DNA from: an uncultured delta proteobacterium
GTDB lineage: Bacteria > Desulfobacterota > Binatia > UBA9968
Direction: 5' to 3'
NCBI GenBank assembly: GCA_963771465.1
Contig: CAVYTU010000017.1
Span: forward strand, 544,001-608,000
Length of the DNA stretch: 64,000 bases
Position numbers and translations under genes: made by a program. This document shows, piece by piece, positions 59,321-64,000 of the stretch (its first letter is position 1; the number at the start of each line of letters is the position of its first letter). Under the pieces are notes generated by a model, which saw nothing but the letters and a program-made list of their open reading frames with translations, searched no databases and was not told the origin of the DNA.

Positions 59321-60352
59321 ATGCATCGACTTGCCGTGATCCTGTTGATTCTCGCCGAACAACTGGCGATGGCGGAATCCAGTCGCGCCGCGTCCACCGG
59401 CGATGAATTTTACCGCGGCAAAGTGATTCGCATCATCGTCGGCTTTTCCGCTGGCGGCGGCTTCGATACGTTTGCGCGCACCGTGGCGCGCTACATGGGA
59501 AAGTACATTCCCGGCAATCCGTCGATCATCGTCGACAACATGCCCGGCGCGGGCAGCTTGATCGCCGCCAATCATATTTACCGAGTGGCGAAGCCTGACG
59601 GTCTCACCATCGGCGCGTTCAACGGCAATCAGATTCTCGGCCAATTGGTCGGCGCTCAAGGGGCCAATTTCGACCCGCGCAAAATGCAATGGGTCGGCGC
59701 ACCGGGCTACAACCACGATCTTTGCGTGCTCCATCAACGCACCGGAATCAGCAACGCTGAGCAATGGCTGGCATCGAAAACGCCGCTCAGGCTCGCCGGC
59801 AGCGCGCCCGGAGCTACTACCGATGACGTCGCCAAAGTTTTGAAGGAAGCGATCGGTTTGCCCATGCGTTTAGTCACGGGCTACAAAGGCACGGCCGATA
59901 TGCGCGTCGCGGTGGAGTCGGGAGAGATGGACGGATTGTGCGGTTTTTCCTGGGTGTCGGTGCGTTCGACTTGGCGGCGTGCGGTGGAGTCCGGGCAAGC
60001 AGTCATAATGTTGCAGAGCGCGCCAAAGGCTCATGCTGATCTGCCCAAGGTGCCGCTGTCCATCGGCTTTGCCAAAACTCCCGAGGCTCGGCAGCTGATC
60101 GAAGCCGGCGTGCATCAACCGGGAGCGATCACTTACAGCTACTCGTTGCCGCCGAACACGCCCAAGGAACGCGTACAGCTTCTCCGCAGGGGGTTCATTC
60201 AAGCGGTGAAGGATCCAGATCTCTTGAACGACGCCAATCGGGCCAATCTAGAGATCGCGCCGGCGTCCGGCGAAGAGATCGCGCTGGCGATCGACAACAT
60301 GTTCAAAACTCCATCTACCGTGGTGGCGAAGTTGAAAGAAGTCTTGAAATAG
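59321..60352 (+). CDS. Tripartite tricarboxylate transporter substrate-binding protein (TctC/Bug)
   Basis: FYRGKVIRIIVGFSAGGGFD, NMPGAG, KPDGLT, GYKGT; divergent from its paralog. Confidence 0.9.
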   Translation: MHRLAVILLILAEQLAMAESSRAASTGDEFYRGKVIRIIVGFSAGGGFDTFARTVARYMGKYIPGNPSIIVDNMPGAGSLIAANHIYRVAKPDGLTIGAFNGNQILGQLVGAQGANFDPRKMQWVGAPGYNHDLCVLHQRTGISNAEQWLASKTPLRLAGSAPGATTDDVAKVLKEAIGLPMRLVTGYKGTADMRVAVESGEMDGLCGFSWVSVRSTWRRAVESGQAVIMLQSAPKAHADLPKVPLSIGFAKTPEARQLIEAGVHQPGAITYSYSLPPNTPKERVQLLRRGFIQAVKDPDLLNDANRANLEIAPASGEEIALAIDNMFKTPSTVVAKLKEVLK

Positions 60353-60361
60353 CTTGCGGGT

Positions 60362-60973
60362 TCACAGTATCGCTCGCACCGACGGCCGCTGTTTCATTCT
60401 TTCGTACCATGCGCTCAGCCGTGGCAAGCTGGGTGAGGGGATGACGCCGAAGGACTGCATGCGCGGAAAGCGCGGGAAAATATCGACGTCGACCAAGCTG
60501 AACTCGCCGAGCATATACTGCTTGTCACCCAACTCTGACTCCAAGTACTGGAGCTTCTGCAAAAGTTCGGAGCGCCTGTCGCTGATGACCTTCTGGTCGC
60601 GCTCGGCTTCGTTCTTTTTCATCATGATCTCGCCGCGCAGCGCCCAATAGGGTTCGTGTAAATAGTTGATCGCGTAGTCGACGAGTATGCGCGCCCGGCC
60701 GCGCGCCCAATGATCTTTCGGCATCAGCGGCGGGTTGGGATATTTTTCGTCGAGATATTCGTTGATGATACAAGACTCGAACAGTATCTTGCCGTCGTCG
60801 TCGAGCACCGGAATCTTTCCGTAAGGGTTGCGCTTGAGATGTTCGGGACTCTTTTGCTCCTTCTTCGCAAGCTTGACCCAAACTCCCTCCCAAGCGAGTC
60901 CTTTCTCCGCCAGGGCGATTTTGACTCGATCTGAGTTGGTTGACGGCACGTCGTGATAGAGAGTTATCGACAT
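60362..60973 (-). CDS. Glutathione S-transferase family protein
   Basis: LYH..STNSDRV, NPYGKIPVL, FESCIINEYLDE, FSLVD N-capping box. Confidence 0.92.
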   Translation of the reverse strand: MSITLYHDVPSTNSDRVKIALAEKGLAWEGVWVKLAKKEQKSPEHLKRNPYGKIPVLDDDGKILFESCIINEYLDEKYPNPPLMPKDHWARGRARILVDYAINYLHEPYWALRGEIMMKKNEAERDQKVISDRRSELLQKLQYLESELGDKQYMLGEFSLVDVDIFPRFPRMQSFGVIPSPSLPRLSAWYERMKQRPSVRAIL

Positions 60974-61027
60974 AGCATTTCTCCTTTTTAGAACTCTTTA
61001 GCCGAAACTCCGTTAGGAGTGAAGGAC

Positions 61028-61977
61028 TTAACGTTTCTTTGGCGCACTGACCAAGATTACCGAGCCGATGATCAATCCCGCTGCGAGCAGAATTCGCATG
61101 GTAATGATCTCTTTGCCGAGAAAGTAACCGAGCACGATGGCGACGAGTGGATTGACGTAGGAGTAAGTCGCGACCAGAGGGATCGGCGCGTTGCGCAGCA
61201 GCCAAGCATAGGCGACGAAGGCGATCGGGCCGATGGCGGTCAAGTAGAGCAAGGCCCAAGCTGAACGCGCTGATATCGCGGTAAGATCGAATTGAGTGAA
61301 TTCGCCGAATAACCACGCGACGAAAATTTGCACTACGCCGCCGGCGAGCATTTCGATTCCGGTGGTGATCAGCGGCGATGCGTGGCAAGTGAAGTATTTT
61401 GCCGTAGATCGAGCCGATGGCCCACAGCAGCGAGGCGGCGACGACGGCGAGGGCACCGTAGAAACTTTCCGGTGTCGTGCCGGCAGCGGTCCAGCCGATC
61501 AACAAAGCCGCGCCGCAGAAGCCGATGAGGATGCCGCTCAACGCTTTGCCGGTCGGCCGTTCGCCGCGCGGTCGGACGGCGTCGAACAACAACATCCAGA
61601 GCGGCACGGTTGCGACCAGCAACGCCGATAAGCTCGACGGAATAAATTGCGCCGCCCAGACCACGCCGCCATTGCCGCCGACCAGTAGAAAGATACCGAC
61701 CAGTGCGGCGTTGCGGCGCTCGATCTGCGTCGGTGCCGGGTCGCCGGCCAGGCGCCGCCATAGATAAAGAATAACCACCAGAGATGATGAAGCGCGCCGC
61801 CGCCGATAAAAACGGCGGCGTGGTTTCCACCGTGAAGCGGATAGCGAGGTAAGTTGAGCCCCAAATGAGATAGACGGCGCCGAGCGCTGTCCAGATCATG
61901 ACTGAGGTTGATCGCTGTGGAGATAATTCGCCGGCGGGCTGATTCACTAACGGCTGCTTTCGAGCTGCAACATCCAA
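61028..61977 (-). CDS. EamA/DMT transporter (YedA-like), frameshifts near 61775 and 61382
   Basis: VYLIWGSTYLAIR / GGNGGVVWA..ATVPLW / TYSYVNPLVAIVLG in three consecutive frames; start uncertain. Confidence 0.82.
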
Positions 61978-62077
61978 CGCTTGGTTTTCATTCCCGTGCC
62001 GCCACTACAACCGCCGAGGCTGCGGTTTGAACCGCTGGGCAGACTTTGATCGCGCTAATCGATTGCCATATTTGCGA

Positions 62078-62533
62078 TCAATCCGGCGCCATACCTTTCT
62101 TTTTGAGCTCTTCCATCGCGCTGGCGGTTTTGTCCAAGAGCGGCACGCCCATGCCTTTGAGAATGTTCACCGCTTTGGTGAATTGGACGTCGTCGTAGGA
62201 AACGATTTCAATCCGGTTGCCCCATGGGTCGAGGATGTTCATGCGGTCGTTGATGCTCTTAATGCCGAGTCGATCCATGGCGCGCTTGACCGCGTTGCGA
62301 TCGTCGACGACGAAGCCGAAATGACGTTTGGTGTCGGCGACCTGGGTTTTGCCGAGCGTGAGTTGGATAAATTGGTCGCCAAGATCGATGAAGGCGTTGT
62401 GTTCGCTCTTGCCGCGTAGTGTGAACTCAAACAGCGCGCCGTAAAACTCCAGCGCTTTGTCCAAGTCGTCGACTTCAAGCACGACATGGTTGATGCCTAA
62501 GGCGCGGGCTTTCTTTTGTGCTTGTTCGCTCAT
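62078..62533 (-). CDS. VOC family protein
   Basis: GINHVVLEV, IDLGDQF, RHFGFVVDD, DPWGNRIEIV. Confidence 0.88.
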   Translation of the reverse strand: MSEQAQKKARALGINHVVLEVDDLDKALEFYGALFEFTLRGKSEHNAFIDLGDQFIQLTLGKTQVADTKRHFGFVVDDRNAVKRAMDRLGIKSINDRMNILDPWGNRIEIVSYDDVQFTKAVNILKGMGVPLLDKTASAMEELKKKGMAPD

Positions 62534-63216
62534 CGCTCTTCTCCTGTGTCGATCACTTTGCGCAGCGTTTCCATCTGGTTCTGCATATGGCGCACCATGG
62601 TGCTTTCGGCGAGGACGGAATTTTTTTTCAAAAAGGCGTCCATGATCTGATCATGCTCACGCATCGAGTAGTCGAGCCGCTGCGGTGTGCGGAGCAGCAA
62701 GATGCGCGTCTTTTGGATTTCATGGCGCAACTGCGCGATGAGCCGATAGAGCCGTTCGTTGCGCGCAAGATCGGCGATGAATCGGTGAAATTTGCTGTTG
62801 GCGTCGAAGTATCCAATCAAATCTCGTTTATGGCAAGCTTCTTTGAGAGCGTGATGCAACTCCCTGAGGTGCTCTACGTCTTGCGCGCTAGCTCTCTCGA
62901 CCGCACGTCTGACCGCCAATCCTTCGAGCACGCCCGCGATGGTGTAGGCGTCCTCGATCTCTTCGCGCGTGGGCTTGCTCACGACCACTTCGTCGGCGGG
63001 CTTAAAGGTGACATAACCTTGCGCTTCGAGGACGCGGAACGCCTCGCGCAGAGCGACGGGCTCGACTTTCAATGTCGCCGCCAAGGCGCTTTCCGAAAGC
63101 GGTTCGCCGGGGGCAAATTTACCGCTGACGATCGCCGCCGTGATTTTCTCAATCAGCAGTTTAGTGAGCGACTTGAAACGTTTTTCCGCGCGGCCGGCGG
63201 CGTGTCCCAGGATCAT
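62530..63216 (-). CDS. GntR family transcriptional regulator (FCD domain)
   Basis: IVSGKFAPGEPLSE..LA...LREAFRVLEAQG; NSKFH, EHDQI, H metal ligands; ATGA overlaps. Confidence 0.92.
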   Translation of the reverse strand: MILGHAAGRAEKRFKSLTKLLIEKITAAIVSGKFAPGEPLSESALAATLKVEPVALREAFRVLEAQGYVTFKPADEVVVSKPTREEIEDAYTIAGVLEGLAVRRAVERASAQDVEHLRELHHALKEACHKRDLIGYFDANSKFHRFIADLARNERLYRLIAQLRHEIQKTRILLLRTPQRLDYSMREHDQIMDAFLKKNSVLAESTMVRHMQNQMETLRKVIDTGEER

Positions 63217-64000
63217 GAGGGCACTCTTCTCCGGACGCCTTTCAGAAAAGCTTTGATCTCCCAGCGCCGGAATAATTTCATGAACGCATGCTGCACTTTT
63301 TGTATCTGGCTTTTTACCGTAAACAGGCAGACGCCGTCGATCTGCCGGAGATAGACCTCTTGGCCGATCTTGAGCTGGCTGTCCTCTTCGCCTTGAGCCA
63401 TGAGCAATGCGCCGCGCTGGTCGCGCACGAGGGCGAGTGCCAGGGGCGGCAGAAATCCGTCCGGCGTCACGTGCAGCATCGTGAAGGTCTCGATCACGCC
63501 TTCGTCGCTCATGGGGCTTTGTGTTGGCTGTTTTTTTGCGGTCGGACTGACGGGAAGCGGCAAGGGCGTAGCCGAATCAAGAACCGCCGGCGCGTCGGTG
63601 CGCGCCAATATCGTCACGAAGTTGTTGGTGCCGAGCCCGCCGATACTCTGGGTCAGCCCGCGCGCGAAATGACGTCCGTTGGCAGCTTCGCCGCGCAGAC
63701 GTTTGGTGACTTCCACGACTTGCGCCAGTCCGCTTGCGCCGACCGGGTGGCCGCGCGCCTTCAAACCGCCCGAAGGATTGATGGGCAGCGGCCCGTCGAA
63801 AGCGGTTTTACCCTCGAGAACCGCGTCGCCGCCTTTGCCGGCGGAAAAGAATCCGAGATCCTCGGTGGTGATGATCTCGAAAGGGGTGAAGGCGTCGTGG
63901 ATCTCGGCAAAATCGATATGGCGCGGTGCGACTCCGGCCATGTGAAAGGCCCGGGCCGCCGCGACGCGCGTCGCTGGAAATGAAGTGAAGACGTCTCGCT
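63213..64000 (-). CDS. SCP2-type thiolase family protein with fused C-terminal OB-fold (DUF35-like); 5' end outside window
   Basis: AEIHDAFT, INPSGGLKARGHPVGASG, then Pro-rich linker and GVIETFTMLHVTPDGF..PLALALV...LKIGQEV. Confidence 0.82.
   Translation of the reverse strand, partial: RDVFTSFPATRVAAARAFHMAGVAPRHIDFAEIHDAFTPFEIITTEDLGFFSAGKGGDAVLEGKTAFDGPLPINPSGGLKARGHPVGASGLAQVVEVTKRLRGEAANGRHFARGLTQSIGGLGTNNFVTILARTDAPAVLDSATPLPLPVSPTAKKQPTQSPMSDEGVIETFTMLHVTPDGFLPPLALALVRDQRGALLMAQGEEDSQLKIGQEVYLRQIDGVCLFTVKSQIQKVQHAFMKLFRRWEIKAFLKGVRRRVPS

Noticed and set aside
60525-61778. 417-aa ORF as an EamA fusion protein
   Set aside because: Only its first ~130 codons are EamA; the rest is out-of-frame read-through over the EamA end and GST caused by a frameshift
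1-64000. CRISPR array, rRNA, tRNA (including selC), transposase, integrase, phage or defence genes
   Set aside because: No regularly spaced repeats, cloverleaf or recognisable motifs found by eye; a tRNA or ncRNA scan was not possible

Overview
GC-rich bacterial window with no rRNA, tRNA, CRISPR array, transposase or integrase recognisable. It is dominated by a scavenging/catabolic repertoire: about 20 solute-binding proteins (SsuA/NMT1-type, Fe/thiamine-type, one family-5, two TctC/Bug) against one ABC permease and no ATPase, six amidohydrolase_2 enzymes, five VOC proteins, UbiD, MmgE/PrpD, a molybdopterin oxidoreductase, a CoA-transferase III pair, class I fumarase, an ArnT-like GT39 and two MFS transporters. 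This gene content resembles uncultured Binatia-like (deltaproteobacterial) genomes, which is an inference only. The best-supported hidden feature is a selenoprotein missed by the ORF track (19284-19826): an in-frame UGA in a UxxC motif followed by a SECIS-like hairpin. The best candidate for an undescribed system is the 39.6-51.2 kb cluster, which combines two signal-peptide-less SBPs (one fused to an SCP2 domain with its own internal start) with nitrilase-fold and M29-fold proteins that have lost canonical catalytic residues. About eight genes carry single-base frameshifts that look like long-read assembly errors. All family calls come from motif recognition by eye; no database search was run.
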